The notes: a model not told the origin generated them from the sequence alone. 60,904 bases of DNA from Candidatus Coatesbacteria bacterium (GCA_014728225.1 WJLX01000079.1:1-60904); one strand, 5' to 3'; counted from the first letter of the stretch, positions 1 to 10,303 are shown. A program made the numbers and translations.

Positions 1-415
1 CAGCTCGACGTTCTCCAAAATGGCCCCCAGCAGGTGCTTCTCGCTGCAGTTGGGCGGTAGGCTGACGCGGACCTCGCCGCCCCGCTTGAGCAGCCCGAAG
101 ACGGGGATCATGCCGCCGGCGCCCCGGCCTCGCTTTCCTTTACGATGGCCGCCGAAGTAGGACTCATCGACTTCTATGTGCTTGTCGAATGTGCCCTTCG
201 AGCTTTTCCAGCTCGGCCACGCGATCGGCGGCGCTGCGCAATCTCACTGCGTTTCTCCGGCGGCGGCGCGTTGCGACACCCCGAGGGACGATGGCTGAAC
301 AACTTACCGCAGCGCTTGCACTTATGACGCCCGTCGCCGCAGCGGTAGTGATAGCGCTAGTTGCACCTTGGACACTTGACGTGCCGGTCTCTAGTTCTGC
401 TCTTCCCCGCCACAT
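1..415 (-). pseudogene. IS1595-family transposase pseudogene
   Basis: In-frame TAG after CPRCN; frameshift from a short duplication (GCACAT tcgacaa GCACAT) just before EVDESYFGG; region between Zn ribbon and catalytic domain appears shortened. Confidence 0.85.
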
Positions 416-509
416 TGCCCCCCCTCGTCGGTGGCGGAATGACAGACTTGTTCACGCAGAGAAAAGTACCCAACTGCGATACCTGATGTTCATCTTCTGT
501 GATGATCCC
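1..509 (-). mobile_element. IS1595-family element remnant (left end; runs off window start)
   Basis: Minus strand begins with GGGATCATCACAGAAG at 509, identical to the left end of the element at 58240. Minus-strand translation gives a Zn ribbon (KCPRC..KCKRCGKLFS) and EVDESYFGG..KGKRGRGAGG.IPVFGLLKRGG, typical of IS1595/ISXO2-like DDE transposases. Confidence 0.9.
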
Positions 510-1343
510 ATCACAAATCAGGATGATGGGGGGACTTCACCGGCAGCGCTTTCGTCGATCGCTTTTTCTGTGTCGATGAGCGGTCCAGGATGGTTGATGT
601 TGAACGGTAACAGCAGTGGACGCTCCTCGATGAGATAATGACGCCGGCGCTGGCGCGAACAGCCCCGGGTCGTTGGAGTCGGTATGGCAACCCTGTCTCC
701 CCTCAAGCCCCGCTAAAGAATGTCAATGTACCCGACTCGCTCTCTTCCAACTGCCTTTTTATGAATACGTTATAGGTATTGACAGGTCCATGGCCGTTAC
801 GTGATCCCAGTTTTTTAAACTCTACCACACCATCAACCCATAACTCCATGACCTCTAACCACCCTTGCATGAATGAGTTATTGATAATTGGTCCGTCATG
901 TCACGGGAGCCCCGTAATCTAACTGCGCAGGTCGTCATGACCCGGCAAATGGGGGCAACACCGTTGATAAGCTTGCGTTTATCAAGCTGTTGTTGATCTT
1001 CACCATACCAACGGGCTCGAGTTTGATCGAATTGGTCAACTTGCCACAGCAGAAAATTTATGCTAGCTTGCGCCCGTTGGAAAGATCGACTGCTATATTT
1101 GCATTATTAAACATCATAACATTATTTGACCGCAAAATAATCGCCTTTAGGCTATGAGATCTTGAACTTCGGCGCCACAGCCGGACACCGAGCAGTTTGT
1201 CAACGAGAAACCGGTCCTCCGGAGCGACCGCAAACCGCCCGATGCAACCGCCTCGAAGCCCTCAAGGCGGCTTGTCGATCTCGTCGACGATGCATCCGCG
1301 GAACCGTCCGGAACGGCCGTGACACTCTCGAAGGAGGGCGAAG

Positions 1344-2384
1344 TTGCCCGCAAACAGAAACCGCTCCACGAACTACTCCTTGATGATCGTGCCCCACGGA
1401 GGCGGCCGCGCCAAACCCTACAGCATCCCCCGCTGGGCCGTTGTCGTGGGTATCGTCCTGCTGGCCGCCATCGTCATCGGACTCGGCGCCACCGCGCTCT
1501 ACTACGCTACCCGCTACGAGGAGGTCCGCGATGAGCTGGCCCCCCTCGAGGAGCGCAGCGAGTTCCTGGCGCGCAAGAACAGCGAGTACAAGGGCTCGGC
1601 CCTGGTCTCCAACTCCGAGCTCAACTCCCTGCGCATCGCCGCCGAGCGCGATCGGCTGGCCTACGAGCGCTCGATGATGAACGTCCGCGCCCAATTGGCC
1701 CAGCTCCAGACCTTCTATAAGAACCTGCGGATCATGGCCGGCTTCAAGCTCGAGGAACAGGACGCCGATGAGCTGCTCGGCCGCGGCGGACCCTCCGGCG
1801 TCGACGGACCGCCGGCGGAGGAAGCGAGCAGCGTCGAGGACGAGGAGAGCGAAGAGGCCGAGGTGATCACCTCCTTCGGCTACACCAGCCACTCGGCCAA
1901 CGAGTACGCCGCCAACGAAGCCCTGTTGCTCTCCGAGATGGCCGAACTGAGCCAGGATATGTACAGCCTGGTCCGGGACCTGGAAAGCCGCATCTCGACG
2001 ATCAGCCCCGACGTGCCCTACGGCGTCCCCGTCCAGGGGGTCATCACCAGCTACTTCGGCGAGCCGCGCTGGCACGGACCCCACAAGGGCCTGGACATCG
2101 CCGCCCCCATCGGCACCCCGGTGCGTACCCCGGCCTCCGGCGTCGTCATCGAGGCCTCCTACCGCGGAGCCTACGGCCTGACCGTCTGGATCGACCACGG
2201 CAACGGCTACCAGACCCGCTACGCGCACATGGCCAGCGTCGGCGTCGAGATCGGCCAGCGGATCAACGCCGGCCAGGTCGTCGGCGCCGTCGGCGTGACC
2301 GGCGCCACCACCGGCCCCCACCTGCATTACGAGGTCCGCCTCAACGGCATCGCCCTCGATCCGGTCAACTACCTGGTTCAGTAA
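1344..2384 (+). CDS. M23 family metallopeptidase with N-terminal TM helix and coiled coil
   Basis: HKGLD (HxxxD) and HLH Zn motifs, GAYGLTVWIDHGNGYQTRYAH; AAGGAGG SD upstream of TTG start. Confidence 0.92.
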   Translation: MPANRNRSTNYSLMIVPHGGGRAKPYSIPRWAVVVGIVLLAAIVIGLGATALYYATRYEEVRDELAPLEERSEFLARKNSEYKGSALVSNSELNSLRIAAERDRLAYERSMMNVRAQLAQLQTFYKNLRIMAGFKLEEQDADELLGRGGPSGVDGPPAEEASSVEDEESEEAEVITSFGYTSHSANEYAANEALLLSEMAELSQDMYSLVRDLESRISTISPDVPYGVPVQGVITSYFGEPRWHGPHKGLDIAAPIGTPVRTPASGVVIEASYRGAYGLTVWIDHGNGYQTRYAHMASVGVEIGQRINAGQVVGAVGVTGATTGPHLHYEVRLNGIALDPVNYLVQ

Positions 2385-2434
2385 CGCTGATTCAGTAACG
2401 CCGGTATGGTAACGAACAGTTTATAGGTATCGAT

Positions 2435-2466
2435 AAACCGAGGACGGCCCGCCCGTCCTCGGTTTT
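2435..2466. terminator. Bidirectional intrinsic terminator candidate
   Basis: aaaccgaggacgg / ccgtcctcggttt hairpin between convergent genes. Confidence 0.75.
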
Positions 2467-2486
2467 CATTCTCAGTTTGGTTCTGT

Positions 2487-4052
2487 CTAGTGGTTTATCA
2501 GCACCCGACGGCTCGCCGTTTCTCCGTCGGCCCGCAGGATGGCGCTGTAGACACCGGGGGCGTAGGAGGTGCAGTCCAGAGCCAGGAGCTGGCGTCCGGA
2601 GGTAGGTTCGGGATTCAGGGTTTCCACAAGCCTGCCCGCCAGATCGTAGATTTCCAGCCGCGCGGCCGCGCAGTCCGCGGGCAGCTCGAGCTCAAACGCA
2701 GTCCAGTTCGACGCCGGACAGGGATAGGGTGGGTGCAGGACGACCCGGGGTAGAGATTCTTCATCGTAGACGATCTCTACGGGGCCGACCCGGAAGGTCT
2801 CACCGTCCGCCGTGGTCGCAACCAGGGTGTAACGGTGGACGCCGGGTTCCAGGTCGCGGTCCAGGTACCTGTAACTCGTCCGGCCGCTGAGGTTCACCAC
2901 CTCGGAACCGTCTCGCTCCAGCGTCCAACGAGTGCCGCCGGGATCGTCCTCGGTCGTCCAACTGACCAGCACACCGTCGTCCTCCACTCTCGCTTCGAGG
3001 TCTGTATCGCTAATACCGATTTGCCAGTCGCGGTAGAAGCAGACGTTATAATTCCCCTCCGCGGAAACGATGCAGATCTGGTCTAGATCACGGAAGAGGT
3101 ATTTCGGGAATAAATCGATTTCACTATCAGTATACTTTTCACCATACCAATAATCCCCGCCGGGATTGGGCCAGTAACACCACATATCGGCCAATACGAC
3201 AGGGCCATCCTCGTCGGCGTAGAGCCTTACGGGTGATTGGAAGCCATCGTCGTCGTTGATGACGATCACTTCATCGACCTTATCAGCGCCGTCGTCGGTA
3301 ATCAGGTGGAGTTCATCTCCCTGAAGGTAGGTAATGTAGACCGTACCGTCGGGACCCAAATACCCGAAGCAATAGCTTCCTGCGATGGTATATTCATCTA
3401 TCTCAAACTCATACCAGTCAGGTATGAGATACTCGCCGTAGAAATGGGCAAACCTACCATCGCGTTTGATGAATAAATGCTCCGTATTGGTGGGTTCGTG
3501 GTATTGGTAGTTGAAATAGGTCGAGCATGAATCAGTGAGCAAGTTCAACCAGACACCATCATAGTAAGACTCATATATCCAACCGGTGTACAGCTTGGAG
3601 TTGTCGAGAATGGCGAAACGACCATAGGAGCCCTGCAGGGGGCAGAAAGTTCCAAAGTTATATCGATACCAATCCATTTCCCCCAGACTATAACCATCGG
3701 GCCAGGATGGATTACCGACAAATACTTCACCGTCCTGGATAAAGACAACATTATAGTTCCCGTAGCTATCATATACTGGATAATAGGGACGATCACCACA
3801 ATGATCGTACCAGTCCCAATCCCAACTTGAACCCACACTAACCCATCCGGTTCCTTCCTTCTCGTGCAACACGTAGTTAAAGCCATTATAATCATCGGTT
3901 ACCACTCGCCATACCCCATCGCCACCGAGATGTGGCGGGCTGACATAACACAGGTTATAAGCGGAACTGATAAACATTTTCGGCCACTCGGCCTGAACGC
4001 CGCCGCTGCAACAAAGCAGGCCGATGACGAGGGCGATCGTTAATCTTTTCAT
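2487..4052 (-). CDS. Secreted protein with FN3-like domain and C-terminal T9SS type A-like (Por-secretion tail/Ig) domain
   Basis: Signal peptide MKRLTIALVIGLLCCSGGVQA; YRYLDRDLEPGVHRYTL FN3-like segment; C-terminus PYPCPAS...LEIYDLAGRLV...PGVYSAIL...SRRVLI. Start chosen at the ATG with GGAGAGG SD. Visibly lower GC than its neighbours. Confidence 0.75.
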   Translation of the reverse strand: MKRLTIALVIGLLCCSGGVQAEWPKMFISSAYNLCYVSPPHLGGDGVWRVVTDDYNGFNYVLHEKEGTGWVSVGSSWDWDWYDHCGDRPYYPVYDSYGNYNVVFIQDGEVFVGNPSWPDGYSLGEMDWYRYNFGTFCPLQGSYGRFAILDNSKLYTGWIYESYYDGVWLNLLTDSCSTYFNYQYHEPTNTEHLFIKRDGRFAHFYGEYLIPDWYEFEIDEYTIAGSYCFGYLGPDGTVYITYLQGDELHLITDDGADKVDEVIVINDDDGFQSPVRLYADEDGPVVLADMWCYWPNPGGDYWYGEKYTDSEIDLFPKYLFRDLDQICIVSAEGNYNVCFYRDWQIGISDTDLEARVEDDGVLVSWTTEDDPGGTRWTLERDGSEVVNLSGRTSYRYLDRDLEPGVHRYTLVATTADGETFRVGPVEIVYDEESLPRVVLHPPYPCPASNWTAFELELPADCAAARLEIYDLAGRLVETLNPEPTSGRQLLALDCTSYAPGVYSAILRADGETASRRVLINH

Positions 4053-4138
4053 TTGGACCTCTCCCAACTGAATGCAGTTAATGGTTACCTGTTTAATATG
4101 TTACTTTCCGGAGTAGCTGTCAAGGATTGTTAGCGATT

Positions 4139-4162
4139 AAAGCCGCCCGGGTGGGCGGCTTT
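4139..4162. terminator. Intrinsic terminator candidate downstream of LUD gene
   Basis: aaagccgccc-gggt-gggcggcttt hairpin with A/T tails on both sides. Confidence 0.75.
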
Positions 4163-4204
4163 TGCTTTGTTTAACCGGAGCGGGGTTGGCTGCATCCGGG
4201 TGGC

Positions 4205-4864
4205 CTACAATCCCAGGTTTTCGTCGACCAGGATCAGGTGGGTCTGCTGGTGCCCGGCGCGCAGATGGATCAGCAGCCGATTGCAGATGCGCTCCGCGTG
4301 ATCGCAGTCGTGGCAGTAGCCCGTGGCGGCGCAGGGGGTGTTCTTTTCCAGGCGCATGGCGTTGGCCGGGGCCGCCTTCTCGCGCACCCGGACCACGGCG
4401 GACTCCAGGTCCGGGCAGAGCTTGTTGATCCCGCAGACAAGGATCACGCGCTCGGGGCCGAAGCTCAGGCCGGCGACGCGGTTACCCAGCCCGTCGAGGT
4501 TGACGATCTCGCCGTCGGCGCTCAGGGCGTTGACACCGGAGAGGAAGACGTCGGCCGACAGGCTCCGGCGCCGGATGCGCAGCTTCTCCTCCCGGGGGGC
4601 GTCGACCGGGGCGTAGAGGATCTCGTGGCCGCGCTCGCGCAGGGCCTCCAGGGCGCCGAGCTGAGCCAGGGTCAGCGAGCCACCGGCGCCGACGACGGCT
4701 TCCGCGGGAACGCGCTCCAGCAGCTCCCGCAGGGCGGCTTCGCGGTCCTCGACGAAAACGGCCCGATAGCCGAGAGCCTCGAGCTGGGCCGTGACGGCCT
4801 CGGCGTTCAGCCGGTGGTAGCGTTCCAGGGAGCGGCGCGTCTTTTCGTCGCCGGCATTGGGCAT
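4205..4864 (-). CDS. Lactate utilization (LUD/YkgG) domain protein
   Basis: GAGGSLTL, ADVFLSGVNALSADGEIVNLDGLGNRVA, GPERVILVCGINKL, TPCAATGYCHDC..ERICN motifs; GGAGG SD. Confidence 0.88.
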   Translation of the reverse strand: MPNAGDEKTRRSLERYHRLNAEAVTAQLEALGYRAVFVEDREAALRELLERVPAEAVVGAGGSLTLAQLGALEALRERGHEILYAPVDAPREEKLRIRRRSLSADVFLSGVNALSADGEIVNLDGLGNRVAGLSFGPERVILVCGINKLCPDLESAVVRVREKAAPANAMRLEKNTPCAATGYCHDCDHAERICNRLLIHLRAGHQQTHLILVDENLGL

Positions 4865-5332
4865 GGGGTACCTCCACAGGTGAAAGACCTCAGAAAGAGC
4901 CGGGGCGTAAACGGTGCTTGGGAATCGCCGATTTAACTGACGGCGGTCGGTCGCGGCTTGGTGGTGTTGCGAAGCCGGTGCTCAGGGCCGGGAGAGTAAC
5001 ACAAGCACCGGGTAGGCTCGTTGCGGCGCCACGGATAGGGGCTGTGATCAAGAGCCGGCAGCAGCTCGGTTGCGCCGATGCCTGCGCCGGTCCGGCGCGG
5101 AAGACGCTCTCAACGACCTGCCGCGTGGATTGCCAAAAGCGGTCTCGAGAGCGAACGAGGGGTGACACGTGATAGTGCTCGCGAAGCGGGGGCAAAAGTG
5201 TTACAGCAGGCGAGCTACTGCGGTTTGGCTTCGGGACCGGCTCCGTGGTGACCTCGGCTCCAATACCGGAATAACCGCGGGAGTTCACCACTGCGGAAAT
5301 CGATTGCTCGTGGTCTCTCGTGGACCGTTGGG

Positions 5333-6040
5333 TTACTCGGACACCTCGGGCGCCCGCAGGGCTCGGGGTCGATCGCGCAGGGTGTCGACGGCGCCGGTGT
5401 AGTCGTAGTCCTTCAACTCCAGCCAGAGCGGTTCCGTCGGTCCGCCGAGGTGCAGATGGACCAGCCCGCTGATCGGCACCTCCTCGGAGAGCATCAGCAC
5501 CCCGCCCGCCATCGAGATCAGCAGGCACGGCGTCCGCCGGGAGTCGGGTTTCCAGAGGAAATCGACCACGGTGTAACGGTCGTTGACCGCCGCCGCCGTG
5601 GGGATGCGCCCCGCCAGTTCATCCCATAGCTCGGCCCCGGTCAGTTCACGCACCGGCCCCGGTTCCTCGAAGATCACCGCCCGGTCGGCGGCGGTGAAGA
5701 CCAGCTCGGCCAGCTCGACGAGGGTAGCCCGGCCCAGTTCCCGGGCCTCGGGATCGTCGATCAGGGCGTAGAAATCCTCGGCGAAGAGCTCCAGATCGTT
5801 GCGCTCCAGCTCGAGCTGGATGATGGTTAAACTGGTGCCGCCGTCGTAGGTCAGTTGGAGCACCAGGTAGGCTTCGAGGGCGGGCAGCAGCTCCAGGCGC
5901 AGGCCGGCCCGCTGGGCCGGCAGGCGGTAGACGGCCCATTCGCCGGCGTGCCACTCCGGGGGCTCGAAGCCGCCGCAACCACCAAACAGCAGCGCCGCCA
6001 GCAAAGCAACCGCCGTCAGCTCAATCGCCCGCTGGTTCAT
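5333..6040 (-). CDS. Hypothetical lipoprotein
   Basis: Lipobox-like LLFGGC after a hydrophobic stretch; GGAGGTG SD upstream of ATG 6040; overlaps the 3' end of the upstream gene. Confidence 0.7.
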   Translation of the reverse strand: MNQRAIELTAVALLAALLFGGCGGFEPPEWHAGEWAVYRLPAQRAGLRLELLPALEAYLVLQLTYDGGTSLTIIQLELERNDLELFAEDFYALIDDPEARELGRATLVELAELVFTAADRAVIFEEPGPVRELTGAELWDELAGRIPTAAAVNDRYTVVDFLWKPDSRRTPCLLISMAGGVLMLSEEVPISGLVHLHLGGPTEPLWLELKDYDYTGAVDTLRDRPRALRAPEVSE

Positions 6041-8822
6041 CGTCATCACCTCCCGTCGGTTCATCGCCCGGAGCCTCGACCCGCAACTCCTCCGGCAGAG
6101 TGAAGGCCTCGGGAACGCCGGCTCCCGCGGGAACCGGTGACTCGTCGGCCGGCGGGGCTTCTTCGTCGTGACTCGGCGCTTCGTCGCCGCCGGTCAGCTC
6201 GACCCGCGTCTTGCCGGTGGAAGCCAGCAGGCCGAAGTTGCGCTCGCGGAAGATCTCTTCACCGCGGTTCCAGAACAGGCCGACGTTGCGACCCATGCCG
6301 ATGGTGTAGCCGATGACCTCGCGCTCGAGCTTCATCAGCGCCGCCCGGGCCCAGTCGCCGCCGGCGCCGCGGCTGATCCAGAAGGGCCCCAGCATCTCGA
6401 AGATCTCGTACAGCCGGGCCTCACCGCCGGGGTAGCTCTGGCAGGGGAAGGTGTACTCCCCGGCCAGGAAACGGCGCAGGTCGAGGGCCAGGCGGGCCAG
6501 GAAGGGTTCGATGTCGCCGCCGCAAGGGCCGAAGAAATAATCCACCCCGGACAGGCCCGGGTAGTCCATCTTGTAGGCCGGCGGCGCGGCGAAGGGGAAG
6601 TCCTCCGGCGTTTCCAGCAGCGGCCAGCCACCCTCGGGTTCGGCAACGGGCTCACGCTCGGGCAGGGCGGCGATTTGCTCCCGGTACCAGGCGGCCTCAC
6701 CGACGCCGTCCGGGGGCGGCGGGATCGTCGAGTAGATATCGCGTAGCAGAACCTTGATCCCGTAGGGTCCGGCGTTATACATCGCCCCGGCCAGCTTGAG
6801 CCGCAGCAGGGTGCCCCAGCGCGTGGTGAAGTCCAAGGCGCCGCCGGGGCGATAGGCCGCCTGGAAACGCGGCTCGAAGTCCCAGCGGCTCTGGGAGACC
6901 AGCACCAGCTTGAGATACTGGATGCCGACCTGAAGGTTGAGTTCGTTGATGTAGCGCAGGTCGTAGCGCGTCTCCAGCGGGAGGGAGGGGAAGCCGACGC
7001 GTTGGGTCTCGCCGTCGCGCTCGTACTCCAGTTGATAACCCCCGTGGCGGACGGGATCGCCGGTGAGCTGCATGTAGCCCGTGGCCGAGCCGTGGCCGTA
7101 GGCCGCCCTGTAGCTGCGCCCCGAGCCCAGCACGTGCATCAGGCCGCACTCCTGGTAGCTGACCGCCTGGCAGAAAGCGCGGAAGGCCCCGTCGGCGATG
7201 TCGTAGCGCGTATGGGGGTTGAGTAGCAGCTCGCGCTGGGCTTCGTCGAGGAAGCCGGGATGGTCGGCGCCGTCGGGCCGGGCGGCGTTGTAGCGCGCCG
7301 CCAGCTCGGCGAAGCGATGATAGAGGCTGCGCTGCGGATGCTCGGCGTCGTAACAGGGCAGGTTGTCGAAATCGTCCAGGACCCACTCCCCGGGCAGACC
7401 GGGCAGGCTGAAGCGCAGCTCGGCGAGGGCCTGGAAGGTCTCCGGTCCGACGACCCGGGCCAGCAGCTCCGGCGGCGGCGGACCCTCGCCCAGCATCCCG
7501 CCCAGGTTGCCGTGCCTGCGCAGGAACTCCTCCGCCGTCGGCGTCGGGTGGGGAAAGCGCTCATGGAAGGCGCCCAGCAAGCGCACCAGCTCGTCGTCGA
7601 ACTGGCCGTCGGTGTCCCGGCAGGGCTCGAAGACGGTCCCCTCGAGCTCCGCCGCCGTGGTCAGCGCCAGATTGAGCCGGCGTTTGAGATGGGCCAGGAC
7701 GTCGCTGTGGTATTCCGGGGCGTCGGTCAGCCCGGGACGCTGGGCCAGGCAGGGGAAGTCGGACCGCCGTACCTCGAGCTCCGCCGGCCCCAGCACCGGC
7801 GTCAGCGCCCGGGGCGGTTTGTAACCGTAGTGCGGCCGACCCTCGGCGTCGACGGGATGGCGCAGGGCGAAGGGGCCGTTGGCCTCCGCCGCACCGGGCA
7901 GCACGGCCAACCGCGGGTAATCGCCCTCCCGGTCCAGGGTGCTGTAGCTGCGGCCCTCGCTCTGGACCCGCACCTCGACGGCGTAGGAGCCGAAGGGCAC
8001 CGGGCGGTCGCGGTAGGCGCCCAGGTTGCCCAGGCCGTTCCAACGGAAGTCGTTGACGGCGTTCCGGCTCAGCCGTCGCCGATCACCGTAGTCGCCGACC
8101 GGCTCCGTGGTGTCGGCGAGGAAGACCAGCTCGGGCTCCTCCTCCTCACCGACGGGCAAACGCCAGATGCGCAGCGTCACGGCGTCCGCGGCCGCCGGAA
8201 CCGGATCCAAATCGTAATGCAGCAGGTAGCCCGGGGCCGCGGTGCGCCGCGAGGGCTTGGGATAACAACGGAAGTCGGCCTCGCGAACGTTGAGCACCAA
8301 CCGGCCGTCGTTGTCCCAGTAGGGAATGCTGTCCTCGCCGAAACCGCGCTCCCAGGTGTCGTAGATCGCCGCCTCGAGGGGCTCACCCTCGCCGGCGATG
8401 TAGAAGGTGTAGCGGTGGCGTTCCAGATCGCGCTGGCGCGCCTGGACCAGGGAACCGTTGAGCAGCAAGGAGGGCCGCAGTTCGCCGAAGTCGTCCTCAC
8501 CCGCCGAGCGGAACTGGGCGTCGGCCAGGGAGCCATAGCGGTAGCGGTAGGTCCCGCTGACCGTGACCTTGTACAGCCGGCCCTCCTCCAGGGGCAGGGC
8601 CGTGCGCACCGGGGTGCCGTCGGCGGGGACGGCGACCTCGAAGGGGTCGTAGGCCGGGGTGGGGATGATGAACAGCAGCAGGCCGACGAAGCCCGTCAGC
8701 GCCAGGAAGGCCCAGTCCACGCGCAGGCCGGTGCGCTCTTTAGACCACTGGGCGGCGAAGAAACGCCCCAGCCGACCGGCGACACGTTTCAACAGGGATG
8801 CTTTAGTCGGCTGATCACTCAT
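6021..8822 (-). CDS. Membrane-anchored multidomain protein with FlgD-Ig-like, peptidoglycan-binding-like and lytic transglycosylase (SLT)-like regions
   Basis: N-terminal TM helix; WNG..G..VPFGSYAVEV (FlgD-Ig-like); DGQFDDELVRLLGAF (PG-binding-like); SYQECG / GYMQL / LNLQVGIQYL / YNAGP (SLT motifs). Confidence 0.7.
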   Translation of the reverse strand: MSDQPTKASLLKRVAGRLGRFFAAQWSKERTGLRVDWAFLALTGFVGLLLFIIPTPAYDPFEVAVPADGTPVRTALPLEEGRLYKVTVSGTYRYRYGSLADAQFRSAGEDDFGELRPSLLLNGSLVQARQRDLERHRYTFYIAGEGEPLEAAIYDTWERGFGEDSIPYWDNDGRLVLNVREADFRCYPKPSRRTAAPGYLLHYDLDPVPAAADAVTLRIWRLPVGEEEEPELVFLADTTEPVGDYGDRRRLSRNAVNDFRWNGLGNLGAYRDRPVPFGSYAVEVRVQSEGRSYSTLDREGDYPRLAVLPGAAEANGPFALRHPVDAEGRPHYGYKPPRALTPVLGPAELEVRRSDFPCLAQRPGLTDAPEYHSDVLAHLKRRLNLALTTAAELEGTVFEPCRDTDGQFDDELVRLLGAFHERFPHPTPTAEEFLRRHGNLGGMLGEGPPPPELLARVVGPETFQALAELRFSLPGLPGEWVLDDFDNLPCYDAEHPQRSLYHRFAELAARYNAARPDGADHPGFLDEAQRELLLNPHTRYDIADGAFRAFCQAVSYQECGLMHVLGSGRSYRAAYGHGSATGYMQLTGDPVRHGGYQLEYERDGETQRVGFPSLPLETRYDLRYINELNLQVGIQYLKLVLVSQSRWDFEPRFQAAYRPGGALDFTTRWGTLLRLKLAGAMYNAGPYGIKVLLRDIYSTIPPPPDGVGEAAWYREQIAALPEREPVAEPEGGWPLLETPEDFPFAAPPAYKMDYPGLSGVDYFFGPCGGDIEPFLARLALDLRRFLAGEYTFPCQSYPGGEARLYEIFEMLGPFWISRGAGGDWARAALMKLEREVIGYTIGMGRNVGLFWNRGEEIFRERNFGLLASTGKTRVELTGGDEAPSHDEEAPPADESPVPAGAGVPEAFTLPEELRVEAPGDEPTGGDDDEPAGD

Positions 8823-8834
8823 GGAGTCTTTTCA

Positions 8835-9027
8835 CGCGGCGAGACCTTTTGTCGACGGGTCCAAAAGGAGCGGCGTCAACTGCAGGGGTTGCGCCGCCGG
8901 AACCGGCACGGTTTTTGCATCTCGGCGACCGTTGGAGCGGCGGCAACGCTCCGCCTCCGCAAAAACCGTGCCGGTTCCGGCTCGTGGGAAGGGGCGGTTC
9001 AGCGGCTCGACAAAAGGTCTCGCCGCG
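8835..9027. repeat. Nested-palindrome element, copy 1
   Basis: Outer IR cgcggcgagaccttttgtcga / tcgacaaaaggtctcgccgcg; inner IR gccggaaccggcacggtttttgc / gcaaaaaccgtgccggttccggc. Confidence 0.95.
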
Positions 9028-9034
9028 GAGCGCC

Positions 9035-10303
9035 TCAGCCGTGGATGGTCGAGCCGCTTTCCACCTGGCGGTCGTGGAAGGCTCGGGGGTCGGTGACGTC
9101 GGGGTGGATGACGACGTTGCGGCCGATGGAGGTCTGGCGCGGGATGCGGGCGTTGCGTCCGACGACGGTCAAGCCGCTGTCGTACTTCTGCGGTTCTTCG
9201 GTGTTGGGGGACTTGTTTTCCCCGGTGCCCAGCAGGGTCTCGACGCCGACGACGACATTCTTGTCGATGATGGCGTGGTCGACGACGGCGCCTTCCTCGA
9301 TCACCGTGTCCGAGAAAATGATCGAGTCGCGCACCACGGCGCCGGAGTGGATCTCGACGTGGGGCGAGATGACGCTGCGCTGGACCACGCCGTTGACGCT
9401 GGAGCCGTTGGAGAGCAGGCTCTCCGAGACCTTGGCCCCTCGACCAAGGCGCACCGCCGGGGCCTCGGCCGAACGGGTGTGGACCCGGTGGTCGGTGTCG
9501 TAGAGATCGAACTCGGGTAACGGGCTGAGCAGGTCCATATTGGCCTGCCAGTAGCTCTGGATGGTGCCCACATCGCGCCAGTAGCTCTCCTGGAAGCGGT
9601 GGACGCGGATGCCGAGGCGTCGTTCGACGCAGGTGGGCAGAATGTTCTTACCGAAATCGTGGGCCGAGTCCTCGAGCACGGCGTCCTCGACCAGCAGCTC
9701 ATCGAGCAGCTCGAGGTCGAAGATGTAGATGCCCATGTTGGCCAGGTTGCTGGGCGGATCGGGCACCTTCTCCAGGAAGCGGGTGATGGTGCCGTCCTCG
9801 TCGGCCTCGATGACGCCGAAGCGCGGAGCGTCCTCCCAGGGGACCTCCATCGCCGCCACGGTGACCCGGGCGCCGGACTCCTTGTGCTCGGCGATCATCC
9901 GAGCGTAGTTCATCTTGTAGATGTGATCGCCGGAAAGGATCAGCGCCCGTTCCGGTTTCTGGTCGCGCAGCCAGGGCAGGTTTTGGAAGACGGCGTCGGC
10001 CGTGCCCCGGTACCAGCCGTCGACCTGGCCCCCCGGGTGGGGATGCAGCAGGGTCAACCCGCCCTCGAAGCGGTTGAGGTCCCAGGGCGCCCCCCGGCCC
10101 AGGTGGTGCATCAGCGAGTGCGGCCGGTACTGGGTCAGTACGCAGACGTTGTAGACCAGGGAGTTGACGCAATTGGAGAGGGTGAAGTCGATGATCCGGT
10201 ACTTGCCGCCGAAGGGTACGGCGGGCTTGGCCCGCTTGGCGGTCAGTATGCCGAGGCGGTTGCCCCGGCCCCCGGCCAGGATGACGGCCATGGTTCTCTG
10301 CAC
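9035..10303 (-). CDS. glgC: Glucose-1-phosphate adenylyltransferase
   Basis: [61 protein letters not shown] motifs; left-handed beta-helix C-terminus. Confidence 0.97.
   Translation of the reverse strand: MQRTMAVILAGGRGNRLGILTAKRAKPAVPFGGKYRIIDFTLSNCVNSLVYNVCVLTQYRPHSLMHHLGRGAPWDLNRFEGGLTLLHPHPGGQVDGWYRGTADAVFQNLPWLRDQKPERALILSGDHIYKMNYARMIAEHKESGARVTVAAMEVPWEDAPRFGVIEADEDGTITRFLEKVPDPPSNLANMGIYIFDLELLDELLVEDAVLEDSAHDFGKNILPTCVERRLGIRVHRFQESYWRDVGTIQSYWQANMDLLSPLPEFDLYDTDHRVHTRSAEAPAVRLGRGAKVSESLLSNGSSVNGVVQRSVISPHVEIHSGAVVRDSIIFSDTVIEEGAVVDHAIIDKNVVVGVETLLGTGENKSPNTEEPQKYDSGLTVVGRNARIPRQTSIGRNVVIHPDVTDPRAFHDRQVESGSTIHG

Noticed and set aside
4865-5332. Unexplained ~470-bp intergenic region as RNase P RNA, tmRNA or riboswitch
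   Set aside because: No RNase P (GAGGAAAGUCC), tmRNA end or riboswitch consensus was found by eye; ORFs there lack coding signal. An Infernal scan would be needed.
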